Source of the DNA: Octopus sinensis
Taxonomy: Eukaryota
Length of the DNA stretch: 64,000 nt
Direction of reading: 5' to 3'
Assembly: GCF_006345805.1 (NCBI RefSeq)
Contig: NC_043004.1
Coordinates: 45,136,001 to 45,200,000, forward strand
Part shown: piece after piece, positions 14,782 through 27,964 of the stretch
Layout of the letters: the number at the start of each line of letters is the position of its first letter
How positions within the stretch are numbered: position 1 is the stretch's first letter
Made by a program: the position numbers and the translations under genes
Notes under the pieces: model-generated
Seen by the model: the letters and a program-made list of their open reading frames with translations, nothing else
Databases searched by the model: none
Told to the model about the DNA's origin: nothing

Positions 14782-15255
14782 ATTGCTCATGCTTCTTATT
14801 CTATTAAACAGGCAGAACATGGCTGTGGAGTTCTTTTAGTTGTGTCAAGAACATCTCTATCTCTGTAGTACTGGTGTCATGAAAAATGAATCCAGTACAC
14901 TCTGTAACAGGATAGGCTTTGAAGGCCCTTTAGTCTTGTTGAGTACATGACACCTCTCTAGTGCTAGTGCCATGTAAAAGGCATCCATGCACTCTATAAT
15001 GTGACTGGTGTTAGGGAGGTTTGGTGAAACCCTCTTAAGTATCTGGATGACCAAAACCCCTGAATACAAACTCTGACTATGATAGTGGATGTAAAATAAT
15101 AATGATACACAACCTCATACATTTATGTGTGTATACATAACTATGTCAATGCTTATATGTATGTATATGCATTTTTGTCTGTGCACACACACACATTCAT
15201 ATGTGTATGTATTTTTCTGTGTGCATGTATATACAAAAAAACCACAAGTTTTGTG

Positions 15256-15320
<65 letters not shown>

Positions 15321-18224
15321 ATATACATACATACATACATACATACATACATACATACATACATACATACATACATACATACATTCATACGTATGTACAT
15401 ACATACATATATATATATATGAAGTGTTTTCTGCTATATTTCACAGTTAATATTATGTTTACAATATATTATACAAACACCTATTATCAAATTTGATAAT
15501 GTGAGGCGGGAAGCTTTATTATTACAGTAGCCACCTAGGGGTTGTATGTATCAACACCTTCACTATTATAACTTCAACAACGACAACATCAGGAATGAAT
15601 ATCATTATTATCAGTACCTGCTGATAATAATGATATTCCTGCTGCTACTAATATCCTAATAAATAAATCTACAATCACTACCATTCCTCTGTATTGCTCC
15701 ACCACTACAACTTCTACTACTACTACTACCTACCACCATCACCACATGGTGGAGATGGGCGACATTTAGTAGTTGTTTGCATTCAGTAGTAACACATTTA
15801 CCGATGTAACTAAAGAAAATAAGTGAGTTGTTTTGAATAACAGCGCAGCATAACTCCTAACTAGCTGGGTTGGGTCATTCATTCATTTTTCTAGCTTTTT
15901 TTTTATATAGCTTAGTCACCAAATTATGGGCATCTTTCATACCCAACTTTTTGCGGGATCTTTGAGACTGATGAGGGAGAAGTGTAGGAGACCAGTGGCC
16001 TATCTCTAATGTCTTTAACAGAGTTGTCTGTGAAAAGTACCTAAGTTCCAGGTAATGGCTTTATGTTGAGTGTATTGATGTGGTCTACCAACCAAAATAT
16101 TCTTTCCACTATAGGCAGAAGGCCTGAAATCTTGAAGGAGGGTGGGGTTAGTTAATTACATTAATCCCTTTGCTGGACTGGTATTTCTTTTATTGACTCT
16201 GAAAGGATGAAAGGCAAAATTCACCTTGGCAGAATTTGAACTCAGAATATTTAGCTGGAAGAAATTCCACTAAGTATTTTGTTCTGCGTGCTAGCAATTT
16301 TTCCTGCTCGCTGCCTTTCTACTATCTAAAATATAAGGCCAGTGCTGAGGAAGTCCAGAAAGACTGAAACATATCCTGCACTGTCGCTGTACTTACCAAA
16401 GATTAAACCAATCCTCACTCCATATCCTCATTCAAGTTTTAATTTATTTGGACTCTGGTGGTGTGTTTCTTGTCTTTCTAAATCACAATTAGCCAATTTA
16501 TTTATTCGTGTTCTTCTTTATAAAGATGTAATATTAATTAATTTTCTTGTTTCTTCTTTTTTCTTTTGGTGCAGTTTTTTTCCTATGAACTCTACTTAAT
16601 TGAATACTTCAGATTTATAAGAAGTCCATTGGGAATAATATATGTGTCTGATAAAGCAGAAATCTTTCTTTCTAGACTGCTGACCATAGCTATATCATCA
16701 GATTCTTTACTCTGTGGCAACATTTTTTCATCCTATCCTTGTCACAATCTTTTCATGTTTTCATCATTCCCATAACACAGGCAAACGAACCCCTTGAGGT
16801 ACATGAGAAATTGTGAGGGTATGTGAAGTTTGGAAAAACATTGGAATTTTAAAGTAACCACATCCAATTGATTGTGATGTGTATATCTAAAAAACATGAG
16901 GAGAACATTTTGCTGTTCTTTTCCCCTTATTGTTGTGAACAAGTGTTTCAGCAATTTTAATAGCCAAAATGTTCCATGAAAGGATTATCTATTGAGAATG
17001 ACATTCTGGTGTCCCTTGCTGAAACTGTTTCTTGAATTGAGTTACTTCTTTAGAAGGAGCCAAGCTTGTCCATCTCATTAAAAATGTAACATAATCCTCT
17101 TGTTACCATACTTCTAATGAAATACCCTGATTTTTCATATAATACCCTGATGTTGTTTCAATTAATTTTAAAAATAACGAAGAATTTAGTAAAATAATTT
17201 TGTTATTATTAAGCTGCTGTTTGAAACATAAGGTAACATGAAATTTTGATGGGAGGTTTTAGTTTAGATCACTTTAAAGCAGTAAGTTAATTTCATAGCA
17301 CCAGAAGCAATCTCATGTGGGATGGTATTCAAAGGATTAGATTTAAGGAGATAATTTTTTTTATGAGGGCACACGACTACAAATTTTTGTGTAAGGGAAT
17401 AATACTTCGCTGGTACTTTATTAACCCCAGAAGTGATCTGAAGTCATTGAATTAGATTAACAGCAAATGATACATGTCAGTTGCTTGTTCTGTGGTGTTC
17501 AACCTTTTTATGCTATATCTATCTGTCTCTTTTGTTTGTTTGCCACTTTTATTGTTTAAATTGGTAAGCTGGCAGCCTCATTAGAGTGTTGGACAAAATG
17601 CCTTGCATTGTTTCTTCTGCTAAGGTCTTTAGTTCACTTCTTACTCCTGTCAATTTTGCCTTCTGTTCAGAGCCAGTAAAATACAAACACTGCTGGACAT
17701 GATGAAAAGGTATGCCTGAAGCCCCAGCTGTAACAGCAGAGTGCTGCCCCTTACATCCTCTTACAAATAGATTTACCTAAAACACTAAACTTTTTTTTCA
17801 TCTAAACTCACATCAGTATATATATGGATTTAAAGCTACTTTGTAACTGATACATTTTCTCTCTCTCTCTGTTGTATCACTGAACCAGAACTGCTAGCTA
17901 GTCACAGTTATCAAAAGACTGGTTACCAGCTTACTTTTGTATTTAGTTTGTTACTGGCTGAAGAAATGGGGAAATATCTATTTTATATGGAAATTCTGAG
18001 TTCCATCACATCCATCAGAACTGTGTGTGTAGACTATGTGCAATCTATACACATAGCTCTGTTATCCTTTAATTTCCTTAAAATATTTCATTGTGAACTT
18101 TAGTATAGACTTAACCCTATTTTTTATAAAGAAACTGCATTCTATCTTGACACATGTGGGCATAACCCTATCGATCTATCTGTCTATCTGACTGGTTGTC
18201 TATTTATGTCACATTTATTATTAA

Positions 18225-18447
18225 CCCTTTTGTTACCATTATTTCTGTTGTGATGCTCTATGTTTCTTTCAGTTAATTTTAAATATAAAAAAGAATTTAG
18301 TAAGATAACTTAGTTATCATTATGCTAGTGTTAGGAACATAAATTGTGACTAAAGCTTGGTGGAAGATTTTAATTCAGAACTTTTGAAAACGAGACATTT
18401 ATACTACAGAGCCAGAAGCAGTTTCAGGTGGGTTGATATCAGAAGGG
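18225..18447. mobile_element. piggyBac-type MITE (family A)
   Basis: Has a TTAA|CCCTTTTGTTAC start and an ...AGAAGGG|TTAG end, and is colinear with the neighbouring copy. Confidence 0.8.
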
Positions 18448-18596
18448 TTAGCAGAATCATTAGAATGCTGGACAAAGTGCCATGCAGTACTACTTCTGAC
18501 TCTTTGTTTACAGCTCAATTCTTACTAGATCACCTTTGCCTTTAATTCTTCCTGGATTACTAAAATAATGTTCAAGCCTAATACTTGAGTGGTTAA

Positions 18597-18816
18597 CCCT
18601 TTTGTTACTGTATTTATTTTAAGATCTTCTGTGTTTCTTTCAGTTACTTTAAATATAACAAAGAATTTAATAAAATAACTTAGTTATCATTCAGCTAGTG
18701 TTAGGAACATAAATTGTGACTAAGGTTTGGTGGAAGATTTTAATTCAAAACTCATGAAAACAAGACATTTGTACTCAAAGCCAAAGCTGGTTTCAACCGG
18801 GTTGGTAACGAAAGGG
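18597..18816. mobile_element. piggyBac-type MITE (family A)
   Basis: TTAA|CCCTTT...GAAAGGG|TTAA, 220 bp, opposite in orientation to the 13340 copy. Confidence 0.85.
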
Positions 18817-19053
18817 TTAATGGTGTGTGTTTATCTCCTTCCCGAACAATTGTTGGCTTTGTACCCAAACTAGAACCCTTTATTGTTTTCGTTTCCCCAT
18901 TAGCATCACTACTGTTAGCATCACTGCCACAACCTACCAAGGGATCACTGTGCATGTGGATGAATGGCTTAATCTTTTTAAATTTACACTTCTACCTTTT
19001 CGAAGAAAAAGATAAAAACAGTTGAAGCCCAAGGTTCACACACACACACACAC

Positions 19054-19088
<35 letters not shown>

Positions 19089-19775
19089 CAATTTGTTTAA
19101 GCTGGAATGTTTCTGTTCTTAGATCTACTAAAAGCTGACTTGGGCCTAAATAACACCAATAATAACAAGGAGCATTACATATCACCGAAAGTCAAGCTTA
19201 ATCTCTACTATCATTCACTCTCCACCAAACACACATGTACATTATGCACATTCACACATACACTGTCATAAGCACTTCTTCCGATGCCTCTATTTTAGTT
19301 GTAGGAAGACCAGATTTCTGCTTCGACACCTTACAAATGTATACAAACAGTATTTTACATGGAAGTGCATGTTGAAAATTTTAACATACAGATGTACATA
19401 TTTCGCTATGACTGTCAAACTGTCGCTTATGTCTAAATATATTTTCAACATGACTTGACTCAGTGCAATTTGTGTTTTTACTTTAATTCTGGTTTCTTTT
19501 CCTTCCTACTTTTACATGTCGTCTCTTACCATCTCAACTTTCTGAACAAGAGCTTAAGCTTGAATCATTGATGACACTTTCACATTGTTTTTCTTTTGAA
19601 TTAATTGTTAAATTTTGTCTTCTGCATTGTTATTTGTCATAAATTTTGAAATTATATGTGTGTGTGTGTATGCACATACATCCATGCACACATATAATGT
19701 GTATGTATTTGTATTTGTATATATGCTTATATTTGTACAAATATTAAAACTCACTTTTGTTCATTTTGGTTTCAG

Positions 19776-20407
19776 GTGAGTTGCAGAATTTACTGGGAAT
19801 TATTTGGCTTGTGTACGTATATATTTATATATCTATATCTATGTATGTGTGTATGGTTTTTATATATATATATTTAGATGTATGTGTGTATATATATATG
19901 TGTGTGTACACACATAACACACACACACACACACACACACATGTAGAGTTCCCAACTTGAAAGAATCTGAGACCAGGTCAGTGTCAGTATGTTACTTTGA
20001 AAAATTGGTATTTCCTTTGCTTTGTTGCAATGTCTCTCATCATTTTAACACACCTGACAGGCAATTTCTCTTTACACTAATGCCGCCATCTTTTTTTCTT
20101 TTCCTTTTTTTTTTTTGAAGAATGATTTCATTTGAGAGACAAGGCAAGAATAGGCACAAGTATGCCCTCTTCACCACAACCATCATCATCATCATTATTA
20201 TTATAAGCACTCTATCATACTTTTGTTGTGTGATCTTTGAAAAGGCAAGAACGAGTGTTTAAATTTATTGCTAGGAAACAAGTATGTCTGTCTGTAGGCA
20301 AAGAAATTGTCTTGGATAGAAGAATGCTGTCCTGAATGGTAACTGGGTCTGAAATAGTAGGAGCATTCATAATGCTTTTATTTTGGCAGCTATGAAGTCT
20401 TAGTACT

Positions 20408-20446
<39 letters not shown>

Positions 20447-22954
20447 AAGGAAGGAAGGATAATGATGGAAGGATGGAGAAATGGATTTAGTTTCAACAAT
20501 GGAATGGTGCCTTTACCTGGAAGGTATAAATGTTATAAATGAAGTAGTTTTAAATGAGAATGAAGAAGTCTGAGAATTGGTGCTGCAAAAATGTAAACCA
20601 TTATGTTGGCTAAGAAAGAGAAACAAAATGGAAAAAAGAGAGAGACAGAGAGAGAGAGAGTATTGTATGTACACGCAGAGGTTAATTTTTACAGATAACA
20701 ATTAACACACTTAAGAATAATGTCAGCTATTTCCAGGTATCTTTTTAGAGTTTACAGTGAGTGCATGGCACCATAGTTCAATTCAGAAAATAATCAATCC
20801 ACTCATATAGGTTTGGTAATGCAAACAAGAAAAATAGAACTGAGCACATGTGTTTTTTGTCAATAATCAGCAGAAGTTACAGAGTGAGTTAAGGGCCAAA
20901 AGTTTAGTGTGTTGGCATTTATTGAAGAAACCGTTGGCCCTTAAGTCAATTTGTAAATTCTGCTGATTATGAATAAAATACACACACACACACACACGTA
21001 CACACACACACATACATACACATGCACACATGTAGAAATTTATTTTTACACATGAAGCTATAAATACTTTCTATTATAGTCACAGGTCCTGAAATTTCCA
21101 GCTGCTAGTTGATTGCATTGACTCAAGTTCTCAGCTGGTCCTTATTTCATGGACCTGGAAAGGATGAAATGCAAAGTTGATTTCAGTGGAATTTAAACTC
21201 AGAATGTAAAAATGGATGTAAAGATGTTGTTAAGCTTTGTCTACTGTTGAGTTCCACTAATAAAAATTATTTATTTCATGTCTCAAAGTTTCTAAGTTCT
21301 TATGATTTAAACTATAAAGCTATATGAGTAACAATTGTGTGGACAACAAAAAACCTGGCTGATGACAGTCAAGGCTGATCTGGAACCCAACCTTGGCCCC
21401 ATATCTACGGCGTTCGCTGCTGGAATAAGGAGTGGTTGGAGATCACGCGGTCATTAGCCTCAAATCGCCAGGCCTGGTCGGCGTTTGTGAGAGATGCAGC
21501 ATTGAGGATGAATGAAACCAGCTCAACCAACCCCAGGTGAATGCTGTAAGAAGAAGAAGAACAACAACAACAATAATTGTGTACGACTGCAGGTGAATTT
21601 ACAACTAATAGATTCCAAATCATCTTTATGAAGTGGCTATACTGAGAACTGATTCACCTTTTAGTGCTGAAAATTTCTGCTTCATTAGATCCAGGATTTG
21701 ATGCAGTTTGTTTCTGCTATTAATATCAATATAGTTGAGTGCTGTTCATCCTCTTTTAAGGCACAGAAGTCTCCAAAATATAACATCCAATATTGCATGG
21801 TGTTCATTACAATAGCAGTAGTCCTGTGTTGAGCAACAATAGTAGAGATGGAGTAGAATCTCTCTTCTAAACCTCCTCTTTGGTCTTGTGCTCATTTAAT
21901 GAAATGTTTTGAGTGATGTTTACTATGTGGTGTTTTGTTGTTGCTTGTATTATTTTTGTTTTTGTTTCCAGTGTTCTTTGAAGGGTTTAAACATTTGTTT
22001 TTCCCTTCTGTGTAATTCAAAGCTTTAAAAATTTGTTATAAATGAATTAAGATGTTGAGGCATGGCTGTGTCATGAAGAAGTTTGTTTTCCTACCACATA
22101 GTTTCAGATTCAGTAACATTGTGTGGCACATTGGGCAAGACTGTCTCTATTATAGCCCTGGGCTATTCAAAGCCCTCTGACTAAATTTGGTACAGAGAAA
22201 CTGAAAGAAGCTTTACATATAAATATTTAAAGTTTTAAAGTCACATTGAATATGACAGGCACCAATCTGATATATTCTATTTTTTACTTGTTTCAGCGGT
22301 TGGACTTCAGCCATGCTGGGCATGCCATGAAGGGTTTAATTGAATAAATGAACCCCAGATCTTTTTCTTTTCTTAAGTTTGCTACTTAGCCTATTGATCT
22401 TGTTTGTCCAAAGTTCTAACTAATGGAGGCATGAGAACACACTCACACAGAAGGTCCTTTGCACAGTTTTCTTCTCCTGAATCTATTCACAAGGCATTGG
22501 TCAACGTGGGTCTAGCATAGAAGCTACTAGCCCAAAGTGTCACACAGTGCGACTCAACATCAAATCACATGGTTACAAAGTGAGCTTCTTAATTACATAG
22601 CTATAGAAGAAAAAAATTTGAAGGAAAAATGCAATAAATAAACTTACACTGATGGAAATGAGATCGTATAAATGATGTGCTTTATGGAAAAATTGGTAAC
22701 ACAGTGATTTGGCAATGATAAATACCTGGTTATGACCCTGTCATGGGGGCATGTTTCACTTTTCTGTCTTAAATTGATATTTTCTGACTTGGATCCTTTT
22801 AATAACAACTGACTGGAGACTAAACCTGTTTTTTTGATTTGATATAAAATTCATCTTTTAAAGTGATTATATCTACATTAAAAACTTACATCATTATTTT
22901 ATGCAGCATCTTTCGGTTAAGTTACATTCCAAACACCAGATTAATGGTGACAAG
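19776..22954 (+). other. Three candidate small exons (19776-19812, 20245-20281, 22907-22954) with mutually compatible phases
   Basis: Each has AG/GT boundaries and a pyrimidine tract. Spliced, they read GELQNLLGIIWLVQERVFKFIARKQHLSVKLHSKHQINGDK, or in another frame VSCRIYWELFGLCKNECLNLLLGNNIFRLSYIPNTRLMVTR. The protein is not recognised. Confidence 0.2.
21341..21575 (+). mobile_element. 3' terminal fragment of a second RTE-like LINE family
   Basis: Reads GQQKTWLMTVKADLEPNLGP/HIYGVRCWNKEWLEITRSLASNRQAWSAFVRDAALRMNETSSTNPR* (1-nt frameshift), followed by an (AAG)n(AAC)n tail. This resembles RTE ORF2 C-termini. Confidence 0.7.
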
Positions 22955-23393
22955 GTTAGAGATGTTATTAAATACCAAATTGATTATGACACTATTACTT
23001 ATTTTACTATGTTTCACCAAAATTCCTAATTATTTTCAAAAATTAATAGAAAATTATTTGAAATATGTTCGTGCATGCTAGTGGTAAAATATCTTTGAGG
23101 TTCAAGTATGGCTGTACATTTAAGAAGTTCAGTACTTAGCCATGTGGTCTCAGGTTCAGTCCTACTGCACAGAACCTGCAGCAAGTGCTTTCTTCTGCAA
23201 TCCCAGGCTGACCAAAGATGTGCAAGTTTGTGAATTCATCATCATCATCAGAAGCATCATCATACACACACACACATTTTTATTGTGTTTTATATCTTTC
23301 CTTTACTTTATTGTACTCTATGTCCACCAGTATTTTTTGCACCCACTTAGAGTCAATATACCTTTGTTTATAATTTTAATGATTAGATTATAT

Positions 23394-23559
23394 AGGCGTA
23401 GGAGTGGCTGTGTGATAAGTAGCTTGTTTACCAACCACATGGTTCCGGGTTCAGTCCCACTGTGTGGCACCTTGGGCAAGTGTCTTCTACTATAGCCTCG
23501 GGCCGACCAAAGCCTTGTGAGAGGATTTGGTAGCCGGAAACTGAAAGAAGCCCGTTGTA

Positions 23560-23649
<90 letters not shown>

Positions 23650-23860
23650 ATATGTTTATGTGTCTGTGTTTGTACCCCCAACATCGCTTGACAACCGATG
23701 CTGGTGTGTTTACGTCTCCGTAACTTAGCGATTCGGCAAAAGAGACCGATAGAATAAGTACTAGGCTTAAAAAGAATAAGTCCTGGGGTCAATTTGCTCG
23801 ACTAAAGGCGGTGCTCCAGCATGGCCACAGTCAAATGACTGAAACAAGTAAAAGAGAAAA
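23394..23860 (+). mobile_element. Composite tRNA-derived SINE (CORE-like domain + microsatellite + Meta-like domain + LINE-derived tail), full length
   Basis: Head ggcgtaggagtggctgtgtg(g)taagtagcttg...ggttcagtccc (A/B-box-like), CORE-like accttgggcaagtgtctt, internal (TA)n(TG)n, and 3' ggcggtgctccagcatggccacagtcaaatgactgaaacaagtaaaag. Confidence 0.85.
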
Positions 23861-24494
23861 GTGAAGATTTAATTAGTATTCCTCTCTTATCTTAGGGTAT
23901 TTGTTTTTGCTTTTTAGGCATAGTTAGTAAATTGCTTGAATCAAGGTAACTTTTCTCATATTACCAATCTGCCTGTGGACCCAGTATTAATTGTACCCAT
24001 TAGTGCCATTATATTCTTTTAAATTGTTTTATAATAATGGGAACTCTATACATTAATGACTATGTAATGCTTATGAAGCGTACTTAGGACACTGTTGACA
24101 ACTAGGATGTTTCATTAGTTGACATTATTTCAGCTTGTGACTTGGCCTTAAATATTATCCGCCTAATTGTAAGTGCCATTTTATTTGTGCATTGTAGAGC
24201 ACCTATAGGATGAATTGTTTTTGCATACCTGTATTTAACTAATTATTACTGCAATTTGTTATATACGAGGTTTAGCCCAGTTTCATTCACTATTAGTTGC
24301 CTTTGAACCACTGAATCGCCAATACTAGGTGCCTCCTCTTAACCTCTACCCCGAAGATTCCCTAATTCTTCCCTCATGCATGTTATAACATTAAGATACT
24401 GAAGGATATAATTGGCCCTGCACAATTTATTCATTGACTTGCCTCCTGTATCTTTTTCCTTTTTCTTTTCTTGTTTATCTTATAAACAAATCGG

Positions 24495-25075
24495 CCATGA
24501 CAACAATTTCACTTGACTCAGCATGTCTTCTCAAGCACAGCATATTACCTGACGAGTGAAGGGTACTTTTAAAGGGGTTGTTTATGCGACACTGGCGTGG
24601 GCCACGAACACGTTTTCACTTGGTTTGTTAGGTCTTCTGAAGCACAGCATATCTCCAAACATCTCAGTTGCTTGTCATTGCCTCTGTAAGGCCCAATGTT
24701 CGAAGGTCATGTTCTTACGTCCAACTTTTCTCTCAGAGTGCTGTCATCTATGCACGCATATTACACATCCAGCTGAGCATACTAGCTTCATTTCTTTCAA
24801 GCCTATGCATGCCCTCACCATCACAGCCCATGTTTCACTGCCGTGTAGCATGGCTATTTATACACATGCATCATGCAGTCTACCCTTCACTCTGAGTGAG
24901 AGTCCTTTTGTTACCAGCAGAAGTAGGAGCTCTCTGAACTTTGCTCGGGCTATTCTTGTTGTAGCAGCTAGATTCTTGGAGCATCTACCCCAGCTACTGA
25001 CTTGGTCACTTAGGTAACAGAAACTATCAGCTACTTCTAGTTTTTCCCCCTGGTATGCCATGGAAGCTGTTTTCT
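24495..25075 (-). mobile_element. Fragment of the same RTE-clade LINE family
   Basis: ORF 24858-25139(-) contains GEKLEVADSFCYLSDQVSS...RIARAKFRELLLLLVTKGLSLRVKGRLHDACV, homologous to the copy at 35.5 kb. Confidence 0.85.
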
Positions 25076-25766
25076 GCACATTTTCAATATATGTGTATAT
25101 ATATGTATATATATATTTATATACACTGTAAAACTTCATGTGATTTGTGCACCTGTGTAATGTACGCAGATGATTTTGAGGATAAAATTTGGAAAAAAGC
25201 TTCTAAATATGTAAAATTCATACCCAAAAGTTTTCAGAATTGCTGATATAGCCAGGGGAAAAAGCTTTTTAGTTTAGTTGTATTTAACATAATTTCACTT
25301 ACTTATGGTTAGATTTTATTAAAGTTTCATTAAATAAAAATAACTTCTGTTTAACAGCTATCATATTGAAAGCTATTAAATTACAAAGTGTTTGTGTTGT
25401 TTGTAATAAACTTTAATTTACATTTCTAGCTCACAAAAGATTATGTCCGATCTTTAGCATACTGCTGTATGTCTTCTCAAATCATGATTACAGGAAAACT
25501 TTTTGATAAGAAGTACCAACAAAAACAAAGCTGATAAATACGCACAGGTATTGCAAATTAAGTTTAATTACCAATAAACATCAGCTTTGATGACACTTTA
25601 CTCAACTGACAGAAGGCGGCTGTTCAAAATGATTATGCAAACAGAATTCTTTTCTGCCTATTCTTGTCGGAACCTTTGGTATGGAGTATCAAAATTTGAA
25701 TCCCTTTTACACTTGTAAAATGTCAAGCAAACTTTAAAATTTGTCATTACCATTATTGTGGGTTTG

Positions 25767-25931
25767 GGCAGAAATTATGAATCGTTTACTGCAAAGGAAA
25801 AATGATATATGTTGGATATGCATTTGAACATAACGAGAGTTGGCAGAAGGCATTTTAATATTAATGAAGCCAATGTTCAAAATTGGTGCAAACAGTATGA
25901 CAAAGTTAAAACTGTGCCTAGTAATAAATAG
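25767..25931 (+). mobile_element. pogo/POGK-like transposase N-terminal (Brinker-type) HTH relic
   Basis: Reads RNYESFTAKEK*...GRRHFNINEANVQNWCKQYDKVK, with VGYAFEHN in an adjacent frame. This matches the SYTxxFKLxVxxYAxEHxxxxAGRxFxVxExNVRxWRKQ pattern. A possible degenerate left end lies near 25126. Confidence 0.55.
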
Positions 25932-26250
25932 ACAAAAATAAAAACATACTATCAAGATTATCCATATCATTACATTTTTTTCAGTCAGGAATACCCATAT
26001 CAGTATGTATGTCAATGGTGTGTCATTGCGATAGGTAGAAACTCCAAGCAATGTAAAATATGGCCCAGACTGTGTTTACCAGCATAAATGTCAGATTTTA
26101 AAAAGTAGTTAACCATTTAATGATTTTAGTAAATTTATACAGAAAAAGTAAGCATTATACTGTCCAGCATAAATAAAAGTCAACTTCTGGTATGAATGTT
26201 TACGCTTATATATATACATACATATAATTTGACACTGAATTATTGGAAGT

Positions 26251-26293
26251 CCACCTGAAGATTGTCGATCAAGACAAGAAACGAGTGTAGTGG
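26251..26293 (+). ncRNA. Minimal type-I hammerhead ribozyme motif
   Basis: CCAC | CTGAAGA | TTGTC-gatcaa-GACAA | GAAA | C-gagt-G | TA | GTGG. Every conserved core nucleotide is present, stem II has 5 perfect bp, stem I is CCAC/GTGG, stem III has 2 bp, and the GUA cleavage triplet ends at 26289. Confidence 0.75.
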
Positions 26294-26464
26294 CGGTTTT
26301 TTTGACTATTTATTAAAATTTTATGTATTGATTAAGTCTTTCCTTGTTTGTTTTGCAAAATAGTGGTTTTGTCTCGAATAATATTTTATAATATTTTACT
26401 ATAAAATCGATTTAATCCTAAATCTGATTTTTTCCCTGTAAATTTGGATTTATTCCCTAATATT

Positions 26465-26495
<31 letters not shown>

Positions 26496-27550
26496 TACAT
26501 ACATATATATGTACATACATATATATGTACATACATATATATGTACATACACATACACACACACATATATATATTGGAATTTTGTTTGTATATTCACTTT
26601 AAATAAAATAAGCTGCATCAGTTTATTTAGCCCCAAGTTAATCTAGTCCAGAATATCTATGACCAAAAGTATTCCAATTGTGACCATCCAGTCTTTTCAG
26701 ATATAGTATATTTCACATTACATTACTATAGGTCTCCATCACCTTTTAGAAAAGCACCAGAATTTTGATTGAAGAGAAAATTTAGCTGGTATTTCTAGCA
26801 GATCATGCATCTTCACAGAAGTTTGCTGTTTGGGTTAGTTTAGTACAGTCATAGTATTTTGTGTGGAAAGTTATTTTCCATTTCAAAAGCAAATGGAAAA
26901 GTAAAGGAATTTCTCTTTTGATGTATTTATTTGGATTCAAGCTCTTTAGGAACTGAAGCGTAGTATTCAACAAGAAGTTAAAGTACTGAAGCCAAATATG
27001 TAACGAGATAACAGAGAACAAGTTTAGCTTCCATCATCATCATCATCATTTTATTGTCCACTTTTCTGTGCTTGCATGGGTCGGACAAAGTTTCTTTAAG
27101 GCAAATTTCTCATGGCTGGATGCCCTTTCTGTCAAATTCTCATTTGTTTCCAAGAAAGCTAATGTTTCCCTATAACTGAACATGTTTTCATGAAAAATTG
27201 AAAGTGGATACTGCTTGTATGATGGTGATATTCATTTACAAATATAGCTTAATGACAAGAAATTTAAACACACACACCCATACACCAGATGGGTCTCTTC
27301 CATTATCTGTCTACCAAATTCATTTACAAGGCTTTATGTCTTCCTGGGGCTAAAGAAGAGGTAGAGGGGACTTGCACAAGGCATCACACAGGGGCACTGA
27401 ATGTGAAACCATGCAGTGGAGAACCAAACTTTTTAACCCCACAGCTATACCTGTAAAGCAGAAAATAAAGGCATTTGTGAGTTGTCATATTCTACAATTA
27501 GCTTCAGATAATATCCAAGGTCAGAAAAACAAAAAAAAAAGCAAAAACAT

Positions 27551-27964
27551 AGGCGCAGGAGTGGCTGTGTGGTAAGTAGCTTGCTAGCCAACCACTTGGT
27601 TCCAGGTTCAATCCCACTGCGTGGCATCTTGGGCAAGTGTCTTCTGCTTTAGCCCCGGGCCGACCAATGCCTTGTGAGTGGATTTGGTAGACGGAAACTG
27701 AAAGAAGCCTGTCGTATATATATGTATATATATATGTGTGTGTTTGTGTGTCTGTGTTTGTCCCCCTAGCATTACTTGACAACCGATGCTGGTGTGTTTA
27801 CGTCCCCGTCACTTAGCGGTTCGACAAAAGAGACCGATAGAATAAGTACTGGGCTTACAAAGAATAAGTCCCGGGGTCGATTTGCTCGACTAAAGGCGGT
27901 GCTCCAGCGTGGCCGCAGTCAAATGACTGAAACAAGTAATAGAGTAAAAGAGTAAAAGAGTAAA
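27551..27964 (+). mobile_element. Composite SINE, full length
   Basis: Same architecture, with a (GAGTAAAA)n tail and a possible 9-bp TSD aaagcaaaa. Confidence 0.85.

Noticed and set aside
15960-16012. Hammerhead-like gagaCTGATGAG...GAGACC
   Set aside because: It has no stem II, GAAA is replaced by GAGA and U16.1 is absent; too degenerate to call.
16640-16980. Possible LINE endonuclease relic on the minus strand
   Set aside because: The similarity is too faint to support without an alignment.
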